A program made the position numbers and the translations under genes. Positions 12,378-25,303 of a stretch of 64,000 nt of DNA are shown here, in pieces. Location: NCBI GenBank assembly GCA_047495785.1, contig JBLDXI010000048.1, positions 682,001 to 746,000 on the forward strand. Reading direction: 5' to 3'. The DNA comes from Lepidodermella squamata. Lineage: Eukaryota > Animalia > Gastrotricha. Under the pieces are notes generated by a model. The model was not told the DNA's origin and made no database searches. It worked only from the letters and a program-made list of their open reading frames with translations. The first letter of the stretch is position 1, and the number at the start of each line of letters is the position of its first letter.

Positions 12378-15300
12378 TCATTTTTCCGCCGCTTTCTGCT
12401 TCGCCTTCATGAGCGGCGGCGTAGTCCAGTGCTGGCTCGACGTACGCGGCCGAATGCGAGCCGGCCTGTCCGGGTTGTGAAGGGCCTCCTCGATGCCCTC
12501 AATCGACACCTTGTCCTCGTCCATTTCAAGGCGCTTTCGAATGCGAGCGTCAACCGCCGTCTGCTTCGCAATTCTCGCGTTCAACCGCGCCGGTTTCGCC
12601 CACTCCGGGATCGGCTTCAAGTCCTCCTCCTCGTCGTCATCGTCATCGCCGCACGGCTTGACGTCGTCGATCGGGTAGTCCGTGTAGCTCTCTTCGAAGC
12701 GGGTGATGTCGAAGGCGGCGATGGTTGAGTCGAGGTTGTAGTTGCCCTTCGAGTACGTCGAGTTGAACCGGTTGTTTTCGATGTTTTCGTCCGGCGTGAA
12801 ACTGACGTGGTTCGCCTGGTTCGGGTTCGCCGGTTTCGACTGCGGCTGCGGTTGTTGCGTGACAACGACGTGGGCGGCTTGGACGGGTTTCGGAATCACG
12901 GGCACAGGCAGTTTCGACGCAGACATTCTAAGAAAAATAGCGAAAAATATATTAATTTCACAAAATTCATCAAAAATTAAATTAAAAAATAAGAAAATTT
13001 CCGAAAAATTTTGAGAATAAAATTAGGAATATTAGACTATAGGAATTTTTATTCCAATTTTGTATACTATTTTTAGGGTTATGCCTCTTTAAAAACCGAA
13101 AAAGTGCGCATGTAGGAATCCAGTTTGCCCAAACTCTGAAACCCCTCGATTCGTTTGCGGCACACTCACTCGGGGTTCCAGAGAGGCTAGCCATAGAGTA
13201 ATCCCTTTAAACCAGCTGGAAGAATCTCCCCGCTTTTATCCGCGATTTTACAAAAAAATTGAAAATCTAACGAAGAAAACCCGATGGTAACTCTCACTGA
13301 CAAGCGACATAATTTATTGCCATTCTTATGTCGTTTTTAGTTTATCTCGAATTTTTCGGCCATGTGATGTGACTACGCCTTTCATTTTAGACTTTCTAGT
13401 CCCTTTTTCGTATAGTTTCCATGTCTGAGATCTGATGAGACACGATGTATCAGGCAATCACGCTTTTCAGAAAATTTAAAAATTCTAATAATTAATTTTT
13501 GTTTGCTATCGCTATTATAACCTCCAGACTGAGCGATTTTATCTAATAGGTTTCTAATAACGAATGGCCTGTTATACTCATAAAAATTTATGGATTTAGG
13601 ATAAAAATGATGATTACTAACCCAGAAGCAGCCAGGCCCTTGTTGAGCTTCGTCGTTGAAGCGGTCGAGGCAGCGTTCGCCCCGCCCAGCGCCTTGGACG
13701 CCTGCTCCGCCTTCGCCTTCAGCCCCATCGCCGTCGCCCCGGACGCGGCCGCCGCCTTCTGCAGCGCACTCGCCGACGTCGCCGAGCCGAGCTTCGTCTT
13801 CGGCTGCGCCGACTGCATGTTGTGGTTCTGCGGCACAAACGACATGACATTCGTCACCAAATTGTCGTATTTGCCCTTGTGCTGCTGCGCCGGCGCGGGC
13901 TCCACCTCTTGAACCGTCATGATTTTACCCATCGCAACAGCCCCGGCTAGACCGCCGGCGATCGGCATTTTGCCCATTGACGGCGCGACCGGCGAGTTCG
14001 GGCGAGACGGCTGTTTCGACGTTGTCGGCTGCAATTTCGCTTTCGATGGCGCCCCGCCTGATCCGAATGGGACAGGGACGGTCGGTTGCTGCTGGGCGGC
14101 AATCGCCTGGGTGATGGGGCCCTTCTGCTGCGGCGTCATGCCTTCGACGCGGAACACTTTCGTCGCAGTTGTTGGCGCTGGCAATTTCTTAGCCGCCGTG
14201 TTTTTCATCGGCGTACCGATTCGAGACGATTTTTGCGCTGTTGACGGTTGAGCAATGACCTGGAAAAAAAATCGAGAATTTTAACAATTTTCTAAATGCG
14301 AATTCGAAATCCAAGAGTCAGTTTTGAAATAGGTATTGATCCGAATTTTGACGGTTACATCGATAAATTGTAATCAATAAAACGCCTCGGAGAGCCGTCA
14401 AAACAAAATTTTCGGCGATTAATTCCCATTCTCAGTTCTATTCCACTATACGCTCAATGTTACATTTTTCGAGCTTGTTAATTTAAAAATAAAACATTTC
14501 CTAGATTATCTCAAAATATTTTTTCGGCTATGGCGTCCTCAAATAGTGTTATTATCCTGGGCAATCGAAATATTTAATTTTCCGCGTAATTTATGGTGTG
14601 AGCGGCCATTTTAAGTAATAATGCCGATATCGATTCAAAGTGTCGATTTTATAAATCCGAGATTTTTTAATCAAACACCCTAGAGCTGATGGTACCAGGT
14701 AGCCTAAGATTATCAACGTCGACCAAGGAAAAAACAGGCTGATATCGCAATGAATCGGAAAACTTAGTGCCTCAACTAAACTTAACAAAGAATGGACATT
14801 AAAATGGTGAAAGAAAATCTGGAAAAAAATTGGCTTTTTTGGCTGTATCGTAATTTGCTCTTCTTGGCTCATTTTCCTAATAAAGTCGACTTGGTACGCG
14901 AAATATTTTAAATGGCCATGAATTGATTGTTCGTCTCAGAAGAAAGTAACCCAAAATTAAATATTCGAAATGAAAAATGAAGCAATCACGTTTTCAATCT
15001 TCAAAATTCTTAAAAACTAAAATCTTCAAAAAATCTGGCGATAAATTGTCAAATTTCGATTGATAACATGCTAAAATAACAAACCTGATTACTGTAGCCG
15101 CCAGTTTTCGGCTTAGCAACAACTTTCTGCTGCTGCTGTTGCGGCTGCTTCTCCGCCTTGCCGTAATTCTGCATCAATTTCTCCGCCTCAGCCAGCGCAC
15201 TAGCCGACGGAATGACTATCTGCTCACCAGCATCCGCCTCCGCCTGCTCATTCGGACCAGCATTCCTCGACTCAGCCCGCTGCGCCTGGTTCTTCGTTTT

Positions 15301-16894
15301 CGTCCTAGTCGCGCCCTTACTCTGCTGCTGCTGAATATCAGCCTCAGGACCGACATTTTTCACCTCAGCCTGGGTCGCTTTAACAACAGGCTTCGTACCC
15401 TTAACCTCCAACGGCGCCATTGGGACTTCAACCGAGTTGCTGCGCTCAATTTTAGGCGGCTCGGGGGTCTTATTCACATCCTCGCCATCCTCAGTCTCGG
15501 TATCAGAGCCTTCATCAAACTCAACGTCTTCCTCATCAGATTCGAAATCGTCAACAAAAAATTCCGGTTGAATGACTTCAACAGGCTCCGGCTCAGGCTC
15601 GGCTATTACGTTCTTACTCGACCGAAGCGAGGCTTTTTTCGGTTGCTGAATTTCGGCCGTAACTTGCTTCGGCTCTTCGACTTTTTCCGTCAAGCGAGAC
15701 CGCCGGACCTGCGGGCTGGCAATTTCGAGGTCGACCTCTTTCAACGACTTTTTAGCCGCGCTATCCTCGGTTAGCAACCGTTTCGACCTGCGAACTTCTT
15801 GCTCAGGCACGATTTCGGGTTCGACGTTAGCTCGAATGGAGGTGCGAATTTTTTTAGCGGGGCTCGAATCATCCATGCGTTCGATTAAAACGACCGCCTC
15901 TTCTTTAGCTGCCGCCGAAATTGGCCGTTTCTCCAATGTTTGAACCTATGAAATTTATTGGAAATTAATTATAGAAAATTCATACATTTTTAAAAATAAT
16001 TAAAAATAGAGAGAGACATCTTGAAAATTTATCGAATACAAAAACTGATTTATTTGAATTTTTATCTGAAAATAAGATCTCTTTCTCACCTTTTGAAGAT
16101 TGACGACAGTGCTTGATTTATGCAGAGTCGGAATAACAACATCCTTGGCCGAACTAGCCGCTTCTTTAACAGGCTGAGGCGTGGCTTGGGGTGTCTCGAC
16201 AACCGGCAATTTCTTGCTTTTCACCACGGTTGAGCCGACTGAAACAACAGAATCTGATTTCACAAGAGCGGGAACGTCCGATTTCGACGCGGTTTTCTTC
16301 GCTGAAGCCGGCGGTTCGACTGAACTTAGCGCCTTTTTGACCGTGGTAGTTGCAACAGTCATTTTGCCCTTACCAACCGCGGTTTGAACTTCAACAGTCA
16401 TTTCACGATGCTGCATTTCAGTTTCTGGCTTTTCTAGATTCCTAAACAAAATTGGTTAAAAATGGCTACAATTTTGAACAATAATCTCACTTCTTTTTCC
16501 GAGTTTTGGAGGTCTTTTTCGAATTCTTGCTCGCAGTCTCCGAAATTTTGAGAAGAGCATCGTTCCATAGGGTACCAGGCGCAACTGGTTTAGCAGCTGG
16601 TTTAGCAGCTGGTTCATTTTTCGGCGTGATATCGAGGTCCGCTGAGGGCGATCCGGGCGTGGGAGATGCGTAGGACCCGGAAGCAGCCGAATTCGATCGA
16701 TCAATGCCCATTTTCTGCATTTCCTCCCACATAGCGAGTTTTTCCTGGTTCGGCCGCGGCAATTCGTTATTCTGAATCGCGTATATGAGGGCGGCTGTCT
16801 GAGGCTCGAGTTTGAAACGCTCGAGGAGAGACAGGCTCGCCATGATTTTATCTTCAATGGCCTGTTGAGCCTTCGTCAGCTTGCAGTTCATCAT
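12378..16894 (-). CDS. INCENP: INCENP-like chromosomal passenger scaffold (C-terminal IN-box)
   Basis: Exons 16910(ATG 16894)-16491, 16441-16090, 15945-15085, 14259-13622, 12927-12378, all GT-AG and phase-consistent. C-terminus DYPIDD..DDDDDEE..KPIPEWA...RPRTSSQHWTTPP matches the Aurora-B-binding IN-box with its TSS motif. Confidence 0.85.
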
Positions 16895-17039
16895 TTTAAC
16901 AAATGAACTCCTAAAACAAAAACACGAACAATTAGCCATTGTCTTTAATCTGTGCTCAGTTATATAAATTCAACTCAAAATGTGCTCGAAAAATCAAACG
17001 TGATAAAAACTAGACTGAAAAATCACAACAAAATGCTTC

Positions 17040-17768
17040 TTAGGAAGTCGTTTCGCCCTTAGCGACGGCGAGAAGGTGAGCATTTTGCTGTTTCAAAGCA
17101 TCGAGACTAGACCGCAATGACTCGACTTGAGTTCGAGCATCAGACAGTTCTTGATGTAGTTGCCAGACTTCTCTTCGTCTTGCCGATTCGACTTGGGCCA
17201 GCTGAGTCTCCAAAGCAGCCTTTTCCTTGCTGAAACGGGAGAGCAACTTGCAATATCGTTCGTTTCCAGTCACAAGTTCTGCCTGCAGTGCCGCGACTTC
17301 AGAATGAACACTAGGGGCTGACTGGTTGGCTTGCGGATTTGCTATCATCCTAGCGATAGTTCGCTGTAAAGTGTTGTTTTCGGCTATCAACTCGCTCATT
17401 TGTTGTGAGACCATGCTATCAATTTTCGTTTTGATATCAGAAGAAACCTCCGAGGAACGAGAGCTGTTTGGCCCTCCACATTCATCGTTGCCTTCGCCTT
17501 CGAACTGTTCAATGGCGACAGACAGGCGTCGGACGAGATTCTCAATTTCAGATGAATCGTTTCTCTGCTGATTCAGGGTAGTTTCTAGCACTGATAGAGC
17601 GGCTCGCCTCTCTGTTTCGCAGTTGGCATATAAATACCATAAATGAGAGATCTTGTCTTCGCTGGTGAACACGTTATCCGGCCAGTGAAAAGATTCGAGG
17701 TCCCATTCATCAGCAGATCCTCCATCGTAGGTATCGCTTTTCTCACAAGATTGCAACTTATCCCTCAT
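17040..17768 (-). CDS. Coiled-coil protein, N-terminus reminiscent of CCDC30
   Basis: 242-aa heptad-rich ORF from ATG 17768; SEDKISHLWYLY...QQRNDSSEIENLVRRL recalls CCDC30-like N-termini (from memory, unverified); acceptor just upstream and a gtaagt donor near 18277 suggest an upstream, probably non-coding, exon. Confidence 0.55.
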   Translation of the reverse strand: MRDKLQSCEKSDTYDGGSADEWDLESFHWPDNVFTSEDKISHLWYLYANCETERRAALSVLETTLNQQRNDSSEIENLVRRLSVAIEQFEGEGNDECGGPNSSRSSEVSSDIKTKIDSMVSQQMSELIAENNTLQRTIARMIANPQANQSAPSVHSEVAALQAELVTGNERYCKLLSRFSKEKAALETQLAQVESARRREVWQLHQELSDARTQVESLRSSLDALKQQNAHLLAVAKGETTS

Positions 17769-18857
17769 CAATAAACCTACGATAAATAATAAAATAAAAC
17801 GAAACTCTATTATGCGAGCTCAAGTCCTAGGTTATCAGTAACAAGAAACAGACAGTAACAGAAAAAAAACAGGAGAAACAGATTCTAGGAAAGATGGAAG
17901 ATAGAGGGAGACCTCTGAGAGCGATGCCCTCTTAGAGCTTAGAGGGCACTTCAACCAATAACCAATGAAATTGGCGGAGGCTATCCGTGGACATTGACAT
18001 TAAGGTAGGAAGGCAAGAGAGAGTGAGGTGTCAGCTCCTTCAAAGGATGGTTCAGCCTGGGGATTAGGGTGCGACTTTTTGCCCAAGCGGAAAAACGGCC
18101 GAGACAAATGCGCGAAAATTTGAATTTATAAAAATTAAAAACTTTGAAAATTCATTTGAACGTAAAGTTTTACATTAATTGTCGATTTGTTATTTTTAAT
18201 ATATTAGCAAGGACAAATGAAAGCAGCGCTTTGCAGAGAAAATCGATCAAATCGAAAATCGAACTTCAAATACTTACTTGAGTAAACTTGAAGAAACTTG
18301 AGCACCTGGTCGGACAGGTTGCATTAGGTACTAATATTGAGAGGACATTTTGCTCTGTCCATAAACAGATCTTTGTCCCGTGGAACGCTTCCTTCCAAAG
18401 TTTTGCAAACAAGTTTTACACGGCTCCTCACCGCTAAGCTCGCCTCACTCGGTGCGTACCGAAGTTTCACCTTTTTCCATGGTGCTTGTTCTTACGTAAA
18501 ACGCAGGTGACTAGCTGCGCGCTAGCCTTGCTACCGCGAGCTTTCCCTCTTCATGGCGAACTTATCCTTTGCGGCTTCCAAACGCTTACCAAGTAACAAG
18601 TCAGTTCATTGCGTTGGCAACTGTTAGCTGTCGCCAACGAGTTTGCTGATTCCTCGTTATAAGAGTACTAGCCGCTCGTGCCTTCTTTAACGCGTCTATC
18701 TTGTTAAATACCGCGTATATGTCATCTGAGACAATAAACTTATTTTTGCTCTACATGTGCTAGTGATACCTTTTGCAACCTTCTCCCTTCTTCTGCTTAA
18801 CTATGACTGAATTTGATTTATACTTGTTTTACTTTTGTTCATAGGGGGTCTGCCAAA

Positions 18858-21800
18858 ATGAGCGAAGATAGTTTAAATCTACAACTTCTATACTTCGATG
18901 CGTCCTTATTTCCTGATATCATTCAGAGTCGGGCGATCGTCGTCAAGGCTGGAATGTGCGCTGAAGACGTCCTGCGGAGATGCGCTGAGGAATTACATTT
19001 ATCAGCTCATTCGTTTCCATTTTTCGGTCTACTGGTGAAACCCAAGCCATCTGCCGTTTCAATGGAAACTTATTGGCTCACCCCCAACACGAATTTCAAT
19101 ATCTTATTGAAGCTGTCAGCAACGCATGATTTCTACTTTCGGTTTAGATTCAAGCCTGCTCGTGGTCTCATGCGTTTTGCTCAAAATCGATGCAAAGTTT
19201 TGGGTAAACATTACGGATTTCGTGCCCTGTTGCAACAAAGCATTGTTATGTCTGATAATTTATGGATGCTACTTCTCGGACAATGCGAAAACGACTTGAA
19301 TGAAGAAACGTACAGTATATTGAAGATGAAAGATTCAGCTAGAGGAGATCGGGAAGTTCGCGGCGACTTGTGGGCTCTCCGTGTTATGAGTAGGTCCAAT
19401 TCAACTAGGATTTGTCTGAAATGGGATATCAACAGTATTGCTGGTTGCTTGCCGGAAAAGCTGCGAAATAAAAAGGACTTTCTTCGAGATGTTAAAGAGT
19501 GTCTCGCCGATGCAACGCGCAAATTCAGCGCACTGTCTCTGCACGACATTTACATCACTTTTCTTGAAGAATATGTCTACGAAAATGCTACCAGGCTCAT
19601 ACAGCGCTTTAATGTTGAATATGAAGACTTCGGCGAAGGTGTGACTTACATCGACACTCAGGAATGTAATTGCTACCCGGCTGTCCGATTTGCGGGCCGG
19701 AATACTTCTCAAATCAGGGAGATTTGCACTCTGAAAGACCTGAATGGTTTTTCAATTTCCGATAATATTGTTAAGCTTCATTTAAAACGACTAGGCGACA
19801 TTTGTTCTCTGAAATTCACCACCAAGAACCAGGCTGAATCTTTTGCGTCTGAAGTGGATGCTCAGTACCGAACGTGTGTGGATTGGTACGGAAATTTGTG
19901 TCTGAATTTACCTCAGTCGGTCTACTCGCCTCGAATTGCGAGCTTAAAACTGAATTTCGTCATGCCATCGGCTAGTTTAAGCAACAACTCGCCTGGAATT
20001 CGCATCACTGACAACGTTCCATCTTCCCTCTTCAAATTTCGCCCATTTATTTTGCAACAGAGCAGCCAGAAAGTCGGAAATGTCAAGGTTGAATTTTCGA
20101 ACGCGGTTAAAAACTACGGTGAATTCTACTGGCAACTTCGCATTATATTGAACGCGGACGGCGCATGGCAAATTCGTGAAAATTCTGGCTCGATCGATTT
20201 CGAGGATAATCGGGATTTACTACAAGATTTTTTGTCCTTGCAAGACGCATGTCAAGCTTTGTTGACTAATATCGCTAATAGACTGGGAGGTCTATCAGGA
20301 AGATGGCTGCCGACATCTATTGACGAGAAGGAAATAATGGTACGATTGGGTCACATTGGCCGTTCACCGCGCATTCATTTCATCGATCCTGAATTGATTG
20401 AGGTGAGCGAAATTCCGCGATTTTTCGCCAAATATTAAGGCCAGCGCGTTTTATATGATGCCATAAGGAATAAAACGGCCAAGAGGTCACGATTCATATC
20501 ATAACCGGTCATATCACCTTGCGCACAGGGCTAATTATCGAAATATTACGCCATCACTCACTCATTGTCGCGCGCGGTTTATTGCACCCTATTATATGTA
20601 TTGCACCAGCGCCGGGTCTGCCTGCTTATTGATGATGCCTATCTAACCCGGTATGACCCTTAATATTTGAAATCTAATATCGTTAGTTAACATTTTCCGG
20701 CAAACATTTAGTCATCTAATTATGCAATTTTCAAATACGTAAATGACCAAATATTAGCTATTTTTTCTTATTTCCCTTCAAGAATTTTTAACCGATTTTT
20801 GCTTTGTTTTAGGCTATAAAAGCCGATGGTAACAACTTACCTGTTCTCGCCTTTTCGGAGCAAGTAATTCGCATGGAAAACGTGGCAGACGGCGAATTTT
20901 CCCGCCTAGTTTTTGCCGCATGGGCCAACACCGGAAACCAGTATCTACTCCGAGAATACAACGGAACTCGTAACCATCTGCTATCCCGATTTTGGTCAGC
21001 CGCTGAAAAATGGGCGCAATTATCTTATTCCGGATTGGCTCAAATCGCCGCATTTTCGCCTGGAGCTGATTTTTACCTGCTCGAATTTGCGAGTGGCGGG
21101 CCGCTTGACGTTTATCTTAATTCTTGCAATTCAGCAATCTACCCGACTCATTTGCTTCTGACTATGAAGACCCTGTGCGATAGTCTTGTCTACTTCAAAG
21201 AGCGGAATTACACTCATGGCGATATTCGCCTGGCCAATGTTGTTTTGCTGAATCATACCATGGAACCGCCGATTTTATTCGAAGTGAAATTACTGCCGCC
21301 CGAGATAGATCAACGCGCCTTACCATCCGGCGCGGAACAACCGTTTTTTCTTCGCGATCGCGAAATTTTTTGGCCGCAAAATGGACCTAAAACCGACATT
21401 TACGCCCTCGGTGTTACTTTCATCCAGCTATTGAGGCTCGGTAGTGTTCCGACCCAGCAAGATTTGGCTGGTTTTCTCGACTCGCCCGAGCCTAATTTAG
21501 CGAATTTTCTCGATCGATTCGCTGAATTTCAGCCTGAATTTATCAAATTATTTCAGCGAATTTTTGATTTGATAAAAACTATGCTAGTCAAAGTTGATGG
21601 GGACATCGATTTTGTGCGCGATATTTCGCGAAAAATAGACGAATTGGTAAATTATTGCCGAAATCTGCCACTGGTCGCCCTGAATAGCGCTTCCACCGAG
21701 TCTTCATCTATCGAGACTGAAATAAATCGCTACTACCACATTCCGTTTGAAAATATCGAGCCTGGTCCGAGGCTCAGTCACGGCCATTTCGGCGAGGTCA

Positions 21801-24777
21801 TTCGAGCGAGTTGGCGCCAGCAAAATACGGCTGGAGATGTGAAAATTTCCACTGTTGCGTTGAAACGATTGTTGCACGATCGACCTGATGATTTCCAACC
21901 GGCTTTCAGTCGATTGAATTCTGAGTTCATGATTTGGGTCAATTTGAAACACGAAAACAGTAAGTTTAACACTATGCCTGACTTTACTCTCAGTTGCATT
22001 TTTTCTTGCTCCGAAAATGAACGCGCGTAATATTAATCATTTTTTCCTAGAAAATGTGGGTAAACCTTGGGAAACATAATATCTTTTAGCAGAACTAAAT
22101 TAGGTGATGTTAGATTAGCCAAATGTCACTTTTCCAATGGGTTTATTTATCACTTGCGCTCAAATGTGTTATCACTTGCATATTTTTCTGGTAAAATGAC
22201 GCCAATCATCATTTTCGCAGCCAATAATTAAAAAATGTTATCAGGTATCAAATTTGTTTGATTCGGAACAATGGGTGCTATTGCTACGTACACAAGCCTA
22301 ACTCGAACGGTTCGGGTGTCGAAATTGATTTCAATAGTTTTACTATTATAAACATCACATGCCTACGGAGGACGAAAAATAAAACTGATTCATTTGGTCA
22401 TACTATTATAAATTATCCTCCTTTCTGCTATCGCTAATTAAAGTACATTTTATCGATAACCAAAAGCGTTATCGCGATCGTCTCAGAGCAATATCAACTT
22501 TCCGACGAAATCCCGTCAACTGCTCTTAGTTCTTACGAAATTCACTACGAAGGTTCAAGGTTCAACTAAGGCCAGGAAGCAGCTCTGCTTCCATGGGGAC
22601 CATTTTCATCTCTGAACACAAAATTAAAAATCCCCACTAAGAAAATCAATTTCAGTGCGCGCATTGAGCCCATTAAAAGTTTATATCGATGAGGACGGCT
22701 CGCTTGAAATCCGAGGCTGCAAAATCAGACTAAATACTCACGGCCCTTCTACCCGCGCTCTTGCAGCCGATTTGTGGTAACCCTGCCCCAAGTCGCAAGT
22801 CATCTGGTTGACAATTTAATTTAATAAAATGCGATAAAATTTTTGTAATTATCAGCTACGAAAATGATGCTTGGGGTAATTTTACTAGAAAAATACGGAA
22901 GTGAGGGTATTTCTCTCTAATATTTCTACGAAAATAAGACTATAAATTCTATAGTGAAGAACGCGTCTTATACAGAGTTTTAAGCTGAAATTAAAGATGA
23001 TTTATTACGAATTTCGCTGATCAAGCATGACTTCCCTGGAAGTCTCGAAAAGTGGTTTAGGCCCATCGAAAATTTCAAAATTTGGTCCCCTACCCTACAG
23101 TCAAATTTGGTTCCGCTAAAAGACGCTTTAGGAAAAGCGGCTTATCTTTTGCACCTGAATCTTTTGAACTGATCAACGCGAAAAAATTCAGTGCCTTGTT
23201 TTTCTAATACATACTAGTCATGGTATGATATTATCTTTGATTTGTTTATAGTTATTCGAGTTTACGGCATGACCTATTTCGACGGCCGACCCGGTATCGT
23301 GATGGAGTTCATCGAAAACGCCCTGACTCTGGAAAAATATTCAAAGGGCAAATCTCATCGTGATTCTGCGTTTTTTCGCGAAATGACCGGTTTATTAATT
23401 CAGGTTGGCTTCTTTTAAGAATATTTGGTTCGTCATCATTGTGAATTATAATGAATTTTAATTGAACATTTTTCGGAAAGTATGTGGAAATCGAATTCTC
23501 AATTAAGTTTAGGAACACCGGCACCTACTATTTTTTCAATAGTGAACTAAAGACCAACATTTGAAATGGCTCGAGTAAAATAATAATTAATTTTTGATAT
23601 CAACATTTTGCTTTTTTTATTCTGCGTCCCATGGCACTGGACTGGTATTTTTATTCAAGCTCTGTGATTTTCTACACCAACCAGAAATTTTATAAATTTG
23701 CGAAATTTATCAAATAATTGATTTCTAATAATTTGTTTACGGGGTAATCCAATTCATATTTTTTTTTCTCTTGAAAAATCAGCTCATAATTTTGTCCCAT
23801 TGAAATTTGAAAATTCAGTAATAACTGTCCTGTGTTCAATGGCACCTTGAATCCCTGCGCCCAGTCAAAACTCGAGTGTAATCGTATAGTAGTCAGCGAA
23901 AGAGAATGATCATTTTTTTTCTGGCATCAATTCACCTGTTAAATTTCATATACGTGGTTGTTTTAAGTGCTACAAATATCCGAGTCTGGCGTTCCCATAG
24001 TTCCATAAATGTTTGCCTTGCCACCCCAGGCCGATCTCCTAGAGCTTTCTGATATAGCTTGAAAATTCGATTCAAGTTGTACCACGACACCAAAAAGCTT
24101 GGTTGTAACGCTCCTGCATTTTTTCGATTTTTTCTTTTTGTGGCGTGTTCCCCGAAAATACCTAAAATTATTTAAGAATATTACATAGCTCGAGATCTTA
24201 CGACGAAAAATCTCGATTTCTGTTGCAAGTTTCGCAAGTGTCGGTTTTCTCATTTATCAGTCTCAAATAACTGAATTTTCTAATTTTTATTGAATTTTTA
24301 AAGGTCACGAAAGGAATGCAGCATTTATCGAATCGCAACATGCCAATTGTGCACTGCGATTTGGCCGCAAGAAACGTCCTCATCCAACAGCTGCCTCAAA
24401 ACAACGGCTCGCCTAATCTAGTCGCAAAAATCGGCGATTTTGGATTAGCTTGCTTGGTCGATACTTCTTCGACGTACCGCCGACTACCCGCTCAGCAGGA
24501 AATGCCGAGACCATGGTGCGCCCCGGAGGTGCTGGGCGAGTGCCGCGCGACCCCAGCGTCTGATGTTTTCAGTTTCGGCGTGCTAACTCTGGAGGTTATC
24601 TGTCAAAAGTCGCCGAAAAAACCGCCTGTTTTTGACGACCCGCGAACGCATCTATTCGAGAGAGATACCCCGTCTAAATTGCGAGAAATTATGTTGAAAT
24701 GCTGGCAATTTCGCCCCGAAGAACGGCCGAATTTCCAGATGTTGGAAGTGTTTTTGAACGCGTTTTATCAGGGCTGA
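18858..24777 (+). CDS. JAK: Janus-kinase-like tyrosine kinase, copy A (FERM, SH2-like, pseudokinase, kinase); non-RD
   Basis: Exons 18858-20402, 20813-21959, 23252-23403, 24304-24777. FERM motifs AEDVLRRCAEEL..FFGL..YWLTPN..FRFRF and AESFASEVDAQYR; pseudokinase HGDIRLANV; kinase GHFGEV, VALK, HCDLAARN, DFG, WCAPE, SDVFSFG, CW..PEERPNF. Confidence 0.88.
22172..22904. mobile_element. MITE-like element with about 70-bp imperfect TIRs in JAK-A intron 2
   Basis: tcacttgcatatttttctggtaaaatgacgccaatcatcattttcg... pairs with ...cgaaaatgatgcttggggtaattttactagaaaaatacggaagtga; absent from the 269-nt equivalent intron of copy B. Confidence 0.7.
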
Positions 24778-25101
24778 ATATTTTTTTACATGTCTTTCTA
24801 TTTATTCTATCTGTTGCTTCTTGCTGTCATTTTTATGTGCTGTGCCAAGACATTACTGCTCACACTGAAACTGGTCATTCCGCCACACTGTTGTGCTAAA
24901 AAATATTTTAATTGCGACGAAAACTTTGTTCAAACGATTTTATTATTGGCTATTAAAATATTTTGTTGTCGTTCAAATGACTGGCTTTGTTCAATTTTAC
25001 TAATTTTTCTGTTATCTTTTTAGAGTAATTTGAAGATGAGCTGAGAGAAGTCAATCCTTTTGGGTGTTTCGAATAGAATGTCGACAGCTTTTTCTTTTTT
25101 C

Positions 25102-25303
25102 TTTGGTGAAGATCGAAAATCTCGTCAAATTCTCGTTGATTCTTGAATCGAAATTCGATGTCGCACAGTTCACGCATTTGATGTGCCGTTTCTGCCGATC
25201 AGTCGTTGTGAGAGCCGAAACCCGGACAGCTAGTGGTTTTCGGTCAGCGCGGCAATTGGGACCGAGGCGTCCGGCGGGGCGCGAACAATGTTCGAGGTTG
25301 GTT
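25102..25303 (+). pseudogene. Decayed copy of the 3' half of Tudor-gene exon 4
   Basis: Close match to 38941-39148, including the gag|gttggtt donor; carries a CGA>TGA stop and a deletion. Confidence 0.9.

Noticed and set aside
20439-20659. TTAA-flanked GG...CC element in JAK-A intron 1
   Set aside because: Inverted match is too short to call TIRs.
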